In this document: piece after piece, positions 36,331-45,903 of the stretch
Layout: every line of letters starts with the position of its first letter
How positions within the stretch are numbered: position 1 is the first letter of the stretch
Origin: an uncultured bacterium
Lineage (GTDB): Bacteria > Verrucomicrobiota > Verrucomicrobiia > Verrucomicrobiales > DEV007
Assembly: GCA_963977015.1 (NCBI GenBank)
Contig: CAXBMO010000005.1
Location: 1 to 64,000, forward strand
Length of the DNA stretch: 64,000 bases
Direction: 5' to 3'
Program-made: the position numbers and the translations under genes
The notes under the pieces: model-generated
What the model was told of the DNA's origin: nothing
What the model saw: the letters and a program-made list of their open reading frames with translations, nothing else
Database searches by the model: none

Positions 36331-36543
36331 ATGCCTCTCGGTCGCAAATACAACAAGAAGAACATGACTCGCCCCACGAAGGGTGGCGGCAAAAAGCGTC
36401 GTCGGCAGAATCTGCATCGCAAGCGCTTGATCGCGCTCGGAGTCAGTGAGGAAGTCGTCAACAAGATGAACCCACGCGACGTCCGCACGAAGCTGAAGTA
36501 TCCGGCGAAAGTTGCCGCTGAGGTTGCTGCGGCTAAAAAGTAG
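36331..36543 (+). CDS. Small highly basic protein (70 aa), function unknown
   Basis: Fills the gap between ahpC and uxaA without overlap; 22 of 70 residues are K/R and 4 are acidic; upstream promoter-like motif. Confidence 0.8.
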   Translation: MPLGRKYNKKNMTRPTKGGGKKRRRQNLHRKRLIALGVSEEVVNKMNPRDVRTKLKYPAKVAAEVAAAKK

Positions 36544-36554
36544 CCCGGCTCTTT

Positions 36555-38195
36555 CTACAGCGAAACGCCCCGTTTCCACGGGAGGAAGTCATCCTGCGCC
36601 AACCGAACTGCGCAGGGACTGTATTCGCCACTCGCGGTTTGGAGGGCAAGCTCGAGCAGCTTTTCGCCGACCTCCGCAATGGTTGCTTCACCGCGAATCA
36701 CCGCTCCAGCATCGAAGTCGATGATGTCGGTCATGCGTTTTGCCAACTGACTGTTTGTCGCAACCTTGAGGGTCGGAACAATGGGATTACCGGTCGGAGT
36801 GCCCAATCCGGTCGAAAAAAGCATCAGGTTCGCCCCCGCCCCCGCCATCGCCGTCGTCGATTCCACATCGTTTCCAGGCGTGCAAAGCAGTGTCAATCCG
36901 TCGCGTCGCACCGCCTCCGGATAATCGAGCACATCACGAACCGGGCTCGTTCCTCCTTTTTTGGCCGCCCCGGCTGACTTGATGGCGTCAGTGATGAGGC
37001 CATCGGCAATATTTCCCGGGGAAGGATTCATGTGAAGCGCGGATCCCGTTTCTTCGGCCCGTTTCTCATAGCGCCTCATCAACTCGGCAAAACGCTCGGC
37101 GCTGGCATTGTCGACACATCGATCGAGAAGCTCCTGCTCAACCCCACAAAGCTCGGGAAACTCCGAGAGAATGGTTCGCCCCCCCAATTGAACGATCAAA
37201 TCCGACACCTGGCCAATGGCGGGATTCGCTGAAATGCCGGAAAAGCCATCAGAGGCTCCGCATTCCATGCCGAACGTGAGCTTCGTCAGCGGCGCGTCCT
37301 CCCGCTCGAGGCGGTTCGCCTGCTCCAATCCGACAAAAAGTCGCTTCAACGCCTCGGCCAACATCGTTTGTTCCGATGGATAGCTTTGTTGGGTGAAAAT
37401 GTGGAGCGGCCGGTCAAAACCTGGGCATCGCCTCTCAATCTCGCTTTCGAGTTTGGACACTTCCGCATTCTGACATCCCAGACTCAACACCGTCGCACCG
37501 GCGACATTCGGGTGCGTGATATAACCGGCCAACAGACCGCAGAGAGCGTCGGAATCGCCGCGCGTCCCGCCGCACCCGATGCCGTGAGTCAAAAACTTTA
37601 CGCCATCGATGTTGGGAAAGAGCCGCTCGCCGGCATCGCCCTCCTGAGGCAACGGCTCCGCCAACAAATCAGCTTCAGCGGCGCCCCCGCGTTTCAATTC
37701 CGCCAAACGTCCCACGAGTCTGGCGTAATGGCTGGTGCGATCATATCCAAGAGCCTCGCTCAACGCCTCGCGCATGACGTCCAAATTGCGGTTCTCGCAA
37801 AAAACCATTGGAACCACGATCCAGTAGTTGGCGGTCCCAACCTGCCCGTTGCTCCGATGATACCCCTTGAACGTCCGCCCCGAGAATCTGGTAACATCCG
37901 GCCCCTTCCACTCGATCTTTCGATCGGGACGAATCTCAAATCCTTCCGCATCATGGCTCAGATTCTCCGTTGTGATCCGTTCCCCCGCTGAAATCGGCTT
38001 CGTCGCAGCCCCCACCACCACGCCATACATCTTGATGCGATCGCCCTGCTGAAAATCCTGAAGCGCGACCTTGTGCTTGGCGGCAACTTTTTCTCGAACG
38101 ATCAATCCTTCGAAGATTTCGCCTCCCGGTTCCAAATTCTGCAAGGCGACGGCGACATTGTCGCGAGGATCGATTCGGAGGGCGTTTTTCGTCAT
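36555..38195 (-). CDS. uxaA: Altronate dehydratase (UxaA family)
   Basis: SAF domain DNVAVAL...HKVAL; VFCENRN, GCGGTR, ECGASDGFSGISANP and NPSPGN motifs; ends WKRGVSL. Confidence 0.95.
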   Translation of the reverse strand: MTKNALRIDPRDNVAVALQNLEPGGEIFEGLIVREKVAAKHKVALQDFQQGDRIKMYGVVVGAATKPISAGERITTENLSHDAEGFEIRPDRKIEWKGPDVTRFSGRTFKGYHRSNGQVGTANYWIVVPMVFCENRNLDVMREALSEALGYDRTSHYARLVGRLAELKRGGAAEADLLAEPLPQEGDAGERLFPNIDGVKFLTHGIGCGGTRGDSDALCGLLAGYITHPNVAGATVLSLGCQNAEVSKLESEIERRCPGFDRPLHIFTQQSYPSEQTMLAEALKRLFVGLEQANRLEREDAPLTKLTFGMECGASDGFSGISANPAIGQVSDLIVQLGGRTILSEFPELCGVEQELLDRCVDNASAERFAELMRRYEKRAEETGSALHMNPSPGNIADGLITDAIKSAGAAKKGGTSPVRDVLDYPEAVRRDGLTLLCTPGNDVESTTAMAGAGANLMLFSTGLGTPTGNPIVPTLKVATNSQLAKRMTDIIDFDAGAVIRGEATIAEVGEKLLELALQTASGEYSPCAVRLAQDDFLPWKRGVSL

Positions 38196-38300
38196 TGGGC
38201 GTTGAGCGTTCGAGAAGAACATTTTTCAGCAGGAAGCTGATCCAATATTCTTACCTCTTTCTATTCGGTTCAGACTTCATTTTTTGCTAGTCTTCAATTT

Positions 38301-39014
38301 ATGAAAGCTGGGATTTCGTGTTTTCTGCCTTTCCTTTTCGCGGTTTCGATCGTTGCCGAGGAAAGTTATCGCACCTTTACCGATACCGAAGGAAGGAGCA
38401 TCGAGGCGATGCCTTCCATGATGAGCGGCAATTCCATTATCGTGAAGTTGAAGAACGGGCGGACCTACACCATTCCCGTCAACAAACTGAGTCCTCCCGA
38501 TCAACAGTTCGTGGCGAAGTGGAAGGAGACCGCGCCGAAGCCAATTCCCAGAATGATCGTCGATTTTACTTCCGGACGCCGAAACGAAGGCGAAAAAGGC
38601 TTCTCAGATCTCCGCATCGAAACGCTTTCGCCAAAGGTGAAAGTCGTGAATCAGGATTCGCGCTACGAAATTGAAAAGGCAAAGGCGACCTACTTTGCCT
38701 TTGGCAAGCACATTGCGGCTCGGAATAACCTGAAGGTGCTGCAAAAAGCATCGTTCGTATTCTCCCTCAAACCGGGCGAGACGATAGAACACGCCGGCAA
38801 GACGATTCAACACCAATACGACGACGAGTATGTCAAATATGGCTACAAATATACGGGCTACCTCGTCGTGCTTCAGGACTCCAATGGAAAAGTGGTCCAA
38901 TCGATTGGGAGTACGGGATTCGAGAAGTTTGCGGAGATGGCGCTTCCCTTGTCCCAGGATGCCATCATCGATCGCAAATTTCAGCCCGCAGAGGACCCTG
39001 GTTACATCTACTGA
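38301..39014 (+). CDS. Secreted protein with N-terminal SHD1-like domain
   Basis: Signal peptide, then RTFTDTEGRSIEA...IPVNKLSPPDQQFV. Confidence 0.8.
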   Translation: MKAGISCFLPFLFAVSIVAEESYRTFTDTEGRSIEAMPSMMSGNSIIVKLKNGRTYTIPVNKLSPPDQQFVAKWKETAPKPIPRMIVDFTSGRRNEGEKGFSDLRIETLSPKVKVVNQDSRYEIEKAKATYFAFGKHIAARNNLKVLQKASFVFSLKPGETIEHAGKTIQHQYDDEYVKYGYKYTGYLVVLQDSNGKVVQSIGSTGFEKFAEMALPLSQDAIIDRKFQPAEDPGYIY

Positions 39015-39104
39015 ACCCCGGTTTGAGCGATTCTCTTCGCTGGGTCTTGAAAATTCAGTCATGCGTGGGATTATTTCCAGCTTAACCCCCACAAACCCTA
39101 CTTC

Positions 39105-40298
39105 GTGCTGATTCGCGCCTTTTTTCTGAGTGCTTTTGCCTCGCTTTTCCCTCTCCTCGCATCTGCTGAGCTTCCAGCTTCCGCCAAGGCCCACGCCATT
39201 CTTCGAGGAACCTACGAAAACTCCCAAATTCGCTTCGAGCGAGAAAAGAAAGGCCACGTGGTCTTTCTGGGTGGATCCATCACGGAAAACAAATCGGGGC
39301 ATACCCAGATGATTCCGGCTTGGCTGGAAGAGCGATTCCCCGAAACGGAGTTTCAATTCGTCAACGCGGGGATTGCTTCAACCTGTTCGACCAGTGGCGC
39401 GTTTCGACTGCAAGATCACGCTTTGGCAACCGGTCCCGTTGACCTTCTCATCGTGGAATTCGCCGTCAATGACGATCAGGACGCGAATCATGCAAAGCGG
39501 GAGGCGCTTCGGGGAATGGAGGGAATCATCCAGCATACCCGATCCCACAATCCCGCCGCTGACATTCTCGTCATTCATTATGTGAATCCCCCGATCCTGG
39601 AGAAACTGCAAAACGGTGAAGCCGTGACCAGTGTTTCAGCTCATGAATCCGTTGCCGAGCGCTACGAGTTAGCCTCCGTCAATGTTGGGGCGGCGTTGGC
39701 TGCTGGAGCAATGACCTGGGAGACCTACGGCGGAACGCATCCGAAAAAGCCCGGCTATCGACTGGCATCAGACATGGCGATTTCGGTTTTGGAGAAGGCC
39801 TGGTCAGAGCCGGTTTCGGAAGATGCCACCATCATCGACTTTCCCGCCCCAATGCCCATGGATCCCGGCAGCTACAACAACGGGAGCTTTATCGATCCGA
39901 CCGAAGCGGACTGGATGGGAGGTTGGACGACCGGCCATGTCAGCAAAAAGCTGCTTCCCTCCGGAGGCATTCGCGAGCGTTACAAGGCATGGGACATCAC
40001 CGTGGCGGAAAAAGCCGGTTCCATGATGACGCTCAATTTTCGCGGATCCGCGATTGGGGCGTTTGTCCTGGCGGGGCCTGATGCCGCAAAGCTGGAGGCC
40101 AGTGTCGATGCCGGGGATTGGAAGCCCGTCGAGCTTTATCACCACCACAGCAAAGGTCTGAACTACCCCAGAACCGCCATGTTTTTCACGGATCTCCCAT
40201 TGGGGAACCACCAATTATCACTTCGAGTCGCACAACGCCCGGAAGGTCAGCCTGGAGGTGAGCGCGCCGCGATTCTGAAATTTGTCGTCGATGAATAA
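39105..40298 (+). CDS. SGNH/GDSL hydrolase, secreted
   Basis: VFLGGSIT, NAGIAST, EFAVND and GTHP blocks; C-terminal beta-sandwich. Confidence 0.9.
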   Translation: MLIRAFFLSAFASLFPLLASAELPASAKAHAILRGTYENSQIRFEREKKGHVVFLGGSITENKSGHTQMIPAWLEERFPETEFQFVNAGIASTCSTSGAFRLQDHALATGPVDLLIVEFAVNDDQDANHAKREALRGMEGIIQHTRSHNPAADILVIHYVNPPILEKLQNGEAVTSVSAHESVAERYELASVNVGAALAAGAMTWETYGGTHPKKPGYRLASDMAISVLEKAWSEPVSEDATIIDFPAPMPMDPGSYNNGSFIDPTEADWMGGWTTGHVSKKLLPSGGIRERYKAWDITVAEKAGSMMTLNFRGSAIGAFVLAGPDAAKLEASVDAGDWKPVELYHHHSKGLNYPRTAMFFTDLPLGNHQLSLRVAQRPEGQPGGERAAILKFVVDE

Positions 40299-41199
40299 CC
40301 CCACGCTCTGCGCCCTTGTCATCGCATCGCTTTCCCTCGGGACAAGTCATGCGGAACCTTTCCAGTTTCAAAACGACGACCTGGTCGTGATGCTGGGAAA
40401 TACCTTTGTCGAACGCGCTCAGCAAACCGGCCACATCGAAACCCAGCTCACGTTGGCGGCCGGAGATAAAACGGTGAGATTCCGCAACCTCGCCTGGAGC
40501 GGCGACACGGTTTACGGAACTGCCCGCTCCTATTTTGGCCCGCCTCAGGAAGGCTTCGACCGGTTGTCCAAGCAGATGAGCGAACTTCAGCCCAACGTGG
40601 TGTTGATCAACTACGGCGCGGTCGCGGCCTTTGAAGGAAGTGAGGGAATCGCCGATTTTTTGAAGGGATACAATCGGCTCCTGGATATGATTTACGAGAA
40701 GTCCGTTCCTCGAGAGCTGGTTTTGATCTCCCCTGCCCCGGCGGAAAACCTGGGGGCACCTCTCCCTGACCAAACGGAACACAACCGCAGGCTGGCCCTT
40801 TATCGGGATGCGATCCGCGATCTAGCGAAAGCTCGAAACGCCCGTTTTCTGGATCTCTTCGGTTCCGTCATTTCCGATGCGAGTCTCACGACGAACGGAA
40901 TTCACTATTCTCCCGAAGGATACGAGTACATCGCGCCTCTTTTCGCCAAGGAATTGGGCCTGAAGCCTGTCGACCCGGCTCAACTCAACGAAAACGCGGT
41001 CGAAAGGCTTCGCCAAAAGGTCGTCGAAAAGAACCGGCTTTATTTCCATCGATGGCGCCCCGCCAACGAGACGTATCTCCATCTCTTCCGCAAACACGAG
41101 CAAGGGCAGAATGCACGCGAGCTCTCCTTGTTCGAGCCCTTGGTCGAAGCCAGGGAAATTGAGATCCAGGTTTTCAAGCAACTCGTCCTTTCCAAGTAA
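40291..41199 (+). CDS. SGNH/GDSL-like protein, secreted
   Basis: LGNTF (Asn in place of the usual Asp-Ser), RNLAWSGDTV, TNGIH and RWRPANETY motifs; 8-nt overlap with the upstream gene. Confidence 0.85.
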   Translation: MNNPTLCALVIASLSLGTSHAEPFQFQNDDLVVMLGNTFVERAQQTGHIETQLTLAAGDKTVRFRNLAWSGDTVYGTARSYFGPPQEGFDRLSKQMSELQPNVVLINYGAVAAFEGSEGIADFLKGYNRLLDMIYEKSVPRELVLISPAPAENLGAPLPDQTEHNRRLALYRDAIRDLAKARNARFLDLFGSVISDASLTTNGIHYSPEGYEYIAPLFAKELGLKPVDPAQLNENAVERLRQKVVEKNRLYFHRWRPANETYLHLFRKHEQGQNARELSLFEPLVEAREIEIQVFKQLVLSK

Positions 41200-41201
41200 T
41201 C

Positions 41202-44200
41202 ATGACACGCGCGCTCCTACTTCTCCTTGCCGGCGGTTTCCTATTCTCTACCGGCTTTGCCCAACAGGGGTTGACCGAAATTCCGGATCCCGCGGTCGAG
41301 GTTCAGCAAGCAGGATTCAAGATTCCAGATGGGCTTGAGGTCAACGTTTTTGCCGCTGACCCAATGATTTCCAAGCCGGTTCAAATGAACTGGGATGCTC
41401 ACGGAAGACTCTGGTTGGTTAGCAGCCCAATGTATCCCCACATCGAGCCACTCCAGGAGGAATCGGATCAGGTCCTTGTTCTGGAAGATCTCGATTCGGA
41501 CGGCCGCGCCGACAAAGTGACGAGTTTCGCCAGCGGTCTTCACATCCCAACGGCGGTGATTCCGGGCGATGGCGGCGCTTACGTCGCAAACTCGACGGAG
41601 ATCCTCTTCCTGAAAGACACCGACGGCGATTTGGTCGCCGACGAACGGGAAGTGATGCTGAGCGGGTTTGGGACGGAAGACACGCATCACCTCATTCACA
41701 CCTTCCGGCATGGCCCGGACGGGATGCTCTACTTTGCTCAATCCATCTACATTCACAGCCACATCGAAACTCCCTACGGCGTACGGCGGTTGATGGGTGG
41801 CGGAGTCTGGCATTTCCGCCCAGAGACGAAACGACTTGAGATTTTGTCCAAGGGACTCGTTAACCCTTGGGGCTATGGATTTGATCAATGGGGCCAATCC
41901 TTCGCGACCGACGGAGCTGGCCGGGAAGGCATCAACTACATCTTTCCGCGGTCGGTCTTTGTTACCTCGCCCGGCGCAAAACGTACCGTTTCCGGCCTCA
42001 ATCCCGGCCAACCCAAGCACTGCGGCCTCGAATTCCTGAGCGGACGCCATGTTCCCGAGGAACTCCGCGGTCAGGTGCTCGCCCCCGATTTTCGGGGCCA
42101 TCGAATCAATCGATTCAAGCTCGAGCCGAAGGACAGTTCCTACAAATCAATCCAACAGGAAGATCTCCTCGCTTCCGTTCACCGGGCGTTTCGCCCCATC
42201 GACGTCAAGATGGGCCCGGACGGTGCGGTCTACATCGCGGATTGGTACAACCCGATCATCCAACATGGAGAAGTCGATTTCCGCGACCCCAGACGCGACC
42301 ATGTCCACGGTCGAATCTGGCGGGTGACCTTCAAAGATCGCCCGCTGGTGGAGAAGCCTGACATTCCCGGTGCCAGCATCGAAGAATTGCTGGAAATGTT
42401 GAGCGCTCCGGAAGACTGGACCCGCCACTTTGCCAAACGCGAGTTGCGTCACCGGGGAGCCGAAAAAGTGCTGCCCAAACTCGACGCATGGTCGGCAACA
42501 CTCGAAAGCGATGCGTTGAAGCAGGAAGCTCTCTGGACCTACCAATCCCTCGACCGCCTCAACCCGACGCTCCTCGATGCCCTGCTCAAGAGCGATGACC
42601 CGCGGTATCGCGCCGCTGCGCTTCGGGTCGTGTATCATCGCCATCAAGAGGTCGAAAAGGCCGATGAGATCCTTCAAACGGCGATTCGGGACGAGAACGC
42701 CCAGGTCCGGCTCTGGGCGATCAGTTGCCTGGCCCAAGTGGGAGGCGTTCACTCGGTCGATCTCGCCCTCCAGGCCCTTGATCATCCCATGGATGAGATG
42801 CTGGATTTCGCCCTTTGGTCACTGGTTCGGGAAAAGGAAAGCGAATGGCTTCCTTCGTTTACCCAGGGAGAACTCCAATTCGACGGACGGATCCACCATT
42901 TACTCTTTGCGGCAAGAGCCCTCGGGAAACCAATCGGAATCGAGGCGATCTTCTCGGCTCTTGAGAGCGGCAACTTGAGTGAATCGCAAGCCGATGACGC
43001 AACCCGCTATCTTTCCCGGGTGGGATCGGCTCAGGATTTGGCCCGTCTCTTTGCCATTGCATCGAAACCTGGAGGAAGACTAGTGGTGACGCTCGATACG
43101 TTGATCGAGGCAAAACGGCTTCGCAAACTCCAGCCGAGCGGCAATCTGAGTTCCATTGCAGGACTGGTGAAGTCCGAAAATCCGGAGGTGGTTCAGCGTG
43201 CCGCGCTTCTCGCCGGAATGTGGAACGTCACCGAAGCGCGCGCCGAGTTGGAGGAAGTCTTTGTCTACGAAAGTTCGAGCGAAGCCCTGCGGTTGGCCGC
43301 GGCGGAAGGCCTCCGTTACCTGGGCGGCAAGGAGACGCTGGCGCTTTTCGAATCCGTTGCGAGAACGTCCGAATCGTCATCAGCACGGATGATCGCCGTG
43401 AATGAACTCGCGAGGATGAACCCGAAACTCGCCGCACAATGCGCCATTTCCGTCCTCGCAAAGGCGGAGAATACCCAGCAATCGGCATCCATCTTCGACA
43501 CCTTTATTCGCAACCCTATCGCGACCGATGCACTTTCGCTGGCGCTCGTCAACCAGACCCTGCCGGAGGATGTCGCCGTTTCCGGCCTGCAACGCGCGCA
43601 AACCTCCGGAAAGAACCTTCGGCCGCTTCTGAACTCGATTCGCAAGGCTGGTGGACTGAAAAAGATGAAGACCCAGCTGACCCCTGAGGAGATGAGCGCG
43701 ATGGTGCAACGGGTTCAACAAGCCGGTAACCCTCATCGGGGTGAGCAGATTTATCGACGCATGGAACTGCAGTGCACGGTGTGCCACGCCATCGGCGGAG
43801 TCGGAGGCGTGATCGGTCCGGATCTGGTCAGCATCGGCTCGAGTGCCCCGATCGACTACCTCGTGAATTCCCTGCTTCTCCCCAACGACAAGATCAAAGA
43901 GGGATATCACATGACGCTTGTCGTGACCAAATCCGGAGACAGCGTTGCCGGCGGATTGATCAGCGAGGACGACCGCGAAGTCGTCTTGCGGGATAACCTG
44001 GGTAATCTGAAGAAGGTCGCGAAAAACGAGGTTGCCAGCAAAACGATTAGCCCGGTTTCGATGATGCCGGCTGGGCTCACCGCCAACCTTCGGGAGGACG
44101 AGTTCGTTGATCTGGTCAGGTTTCTCTCCGAGCTCGGCAAGGAAGGTGACTTCAAGGTTTCCCCTCAGCCAATCATTCGCCATTGGAGCGCTCTCCTCCC

Positions 44201-45743
44201 CCATCGTCGAACCCGGGACGACATCGGTCACTACGGTGAGGAGATTTTCGCCGAAAACTACGAAGGTTATCAATGGATGCCCGTTGGAAGCATGGTGGAT
44301 GGCAGCCTCCCCTTGAACGAGCTTCCGAAAGTCGTGGGCCGGGGAAAAAATCGCTGGGGAGTGGTTCGGTTTGATGTCGCAGGCGAAGTCGGCAAGGAAG
44401 TCGTCCTGAAGATCAACGAGACGAATCTGATGCACCTCTTCGTGGGGGAAGAACGCATTTCCATCCCGGAAAAAGGTCCGGCTTCCGTGGCCGTCAAAAT
44501 TCCGGGGGACGGCAAGCAATTCACGATCGCGGCAAACTCCGCCTATCGATCAACTCCCGTTCGCGTTGTCGTTGCCGACAAGAAGCCGGACCCTGTCAAA
44601 AAAGCCAAGAGATCGCCAGCGCCAGCGACTCCTGATTCGCTCAAGTTCAGGGTGCAGCAACTGCACAAAGACAACATTGAAGGAATCGCGGTTGGCGACA
44701 TCGATCAGGATGGCGATCTGGACATCGTTGCCGGCGAACATTGGTACACCAACCCGGATTGGAAACAGCGCAAGATCCGGAAAGTGCTGCCGTTCGGGGC
44801 AGACTACATGCAGGACAACGGGGACCACCTTTGGGACGTGAACGGCGACGGTTGGCTCGATCTCGTCAGCGGGCAGTTCACGGAAACCAAGGTTCACTGG
44901 TTCGAGAACCCCAAAGGCGAAGCGCTGCTTTCTGCGGAAGAACCCTGGCCAGCCCATCTGTTGGTCGATACTCAGACCACTCGCAACGAAGCGACGTTGA
45001 TGCACGACATCGATGGGGACGGCACGCCTGAGTGGTTTGAAAACAGCTGGGGAGACGACAATCCCATGCTGATTTGGAAATTGACGAAAACCGAGGACGG
45101 AACGCCAACCATGAAAAAAATCACGGTGGGTGAGAGCGGCAATGGCCACGGTCAGGGAATCGGCGACGTCAACGGCGACGGGCTTGAGGACATTGTCTTC
45201 AAACAGGGTTGGTATGAGCAACCCGCTGAAAATCCCTGGGGCCAGCCTTGGAAGTGGCGGAAGGATATGGCGCTCCCTCATGCCAGCGTTCCCATTCTGA
45301 TCCTCGACGTGAACGGAGACGGAAGAAATGATCTCATTTGGGGAGACGGGCACAACTACGGTCTGTATTGGGAAGAACAGCTCCTTCCAAAGGAAGATGG
45401 AACCACGGTTTGGGAACAACACCTCATCGACAAAGCGTTCTCTCAAGCTCATACCATGGCCTGGGAAGACATTGATAATGATGGCCAATCCGAACTCATT
45501 ACCGGAAAGCGTTATTATGCCCACAGCGGCAAGGACGCGGGCTCGGAAGACGAGATTGTCATCAATTATTACAAGTGGAATCCCGACACCTCCTCATTCG
45601 TCAAGTTTGAGGCCCATCGCGGCCAGGCGGGAGTCGGATTGCAGATTCGCGTTGCCGATCTCGATGCCGATGGCTGGAAGGAAATCATCGTTCCCGGAAA
45701 ATCCGGCACTCATATTCTCTGGAACGAGGGATTGGCCAAGTAA
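41202..45743 (+). CDS. PVC-type heme-binding CxxCH protein fused to C-terminal FG-GAP/VCBS repeats
   Basis: FRPIDVKMGPDGAVYIADWYN, HEAT repeats, QCTVCH...GPDL...SMMP, then repeated DxDxDGxxD loops. Confidence 0.92.
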   Translation: MTRALLLLLAGGFLFSTGFAQQGLTEIPDPAVEVQQAGFKIPDGLEVNVFAADPMISKPVQMNWDAHGRLWLVSSPMYPHIEPLQEESDQVLVLEDLDSDGRADKVTSFASGLHIPTAVIPGDGGAYVANSTEILFLKDTDGDLVADEREVMLSGFGTEDTHHLIHTFRHGPDGMLYFAQSIYIHSHIETPYGVRRLMGGGVWHFRPETKRLEILSKGLVNPWGYGFDQWGQSFATDGAGREGINYIFPRSVFVTSPGAKRTVSGLNPGQPKHCGLEFLSGRHVPEELRGQVLAPDFRGHRINRFKLEPKDSSYKSIQQEDLLASVHRAFRPIDVKMGPDGAVYIADWYNPIIQHGEVDFRDPRRDHVHGRIWRVTFKDRPLVEKPDIPGASIEELLEMLSAPEDWTRHFAKRELRHRGAEKVLPKLDAWSATLESDALKQEALWTYQSLDRLNPTLLDALLKSDDPRYRAAALRVVYHRHQEVEKADEILQTAIRDENAQVRLWAISCLAQVGGVHSVDLALQALDHPMDEMLDFALWSLVREKESEWLPSFTQGELQFDGRIHHLLFAARALGKPIGIEAIFSALESGNLSESQADDATRYLSRVGSAQDLARLFAIASKPGGRLVVTLDTLIEAKRLRKLQPSGNLSSIAGLVKSENPEVVQRAALLAGMWNVTEARAELEEVFVYESSSEALRLAAAEGLRYLGGKETLALFESVARTSESSSARMIAVNELARMNPKLAAQCAISVLAKAENTQQSASIFDTFIRNPIATDALSLALVNQTLPEDVAVSGLQRAQTSGKNLRPLLNSIRKAGGLKKMKTQLTPEEMSAMVQRVQQAGNPHRGEQIYRRMELQCTVCHAIGGVGGVIGPDLVSIGSSAPIDYLVNSLLLPNDKIKEGYHMTLVVTKSGDSVAGGLISEDDREVVLRDNLGNLKKVAKNEVASKTISPVSMMPAGLTANLREDEFVDLVRFLSELGKEGDFKVSPQPIIRHWSALLPHRRTRDDIGHYGEEIFAENYEGYQWMPVGSMVDGSLPLNELPKVVGRGKNRWGVVRFDVAGEVGKEVVLKINETNLMHLFVGEERISIPEKGPASVAVKIPGDGKQFTIAANSAYRSTPVRVVVADKKPDPVKKAKRSPAPATPDSLKFRVQQLHKDNIEGIAVGDIDQDGDLDIVAGEHWYTNPDWKQRKIRKVLPFGADYMQDNGDHLWDVNGDGWLDLVSGQFTETKVHWFENPKGEALLSAEEPWPAHLLVDTQTTRNEATLMHDIDGDGTPEWFENSWGDDNPMLIWKLTKTEDGTPTMKKITVGESGNGHGQGIGDVNGDGLEDIVFKQGWYEQPAENPWGQPWKWRKDMALPHASVPILILDVNGDGRNDLIWGDGHNYGLYWEEQLLPKEDGTTVWEQHLIDKAFSQAHTMAWEDIDNDGQSELITGKRYYAHSGKDAGSEDEIVINYYKWNPDTSSFVKFEAHRGQAGVGLQIRVADLDADGWKEIIVPGKSGTHILWNEGLAK

Positions 45744-45855
45744 GGCTCGCAGACGACCGGAATCCCCCGGTCTCCGATTGTCTCACCCTCAAGCGCATTT
45801 GGGGCGAATGGACAGCGTTCCCGCTCCGTGCGAGAGTCTCCAGATGTAGCGGATC

Positions 45856-45883
45856 TTGCGAAATCGCAAAATGCTCCTACTTT
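45856..45883 (+). promoter_or_regulatory. Putative sigma70 promoter of lepA
   Basis: TTGCGA-N16-TACTTT ending 20 nt upstream of the ATG. Confidence 0.45.
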
Positions 45884-45903
45884 CCGCCCCGCACCAATCA
45901 CCC

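Noticed and set aside
36331-36543. Known PVC signature small basic protein, or bL34/bL35/bS21
   Set aside because: Lacks the motifs I recall for those families (for example RNVLKRxER); kept as an unknown.
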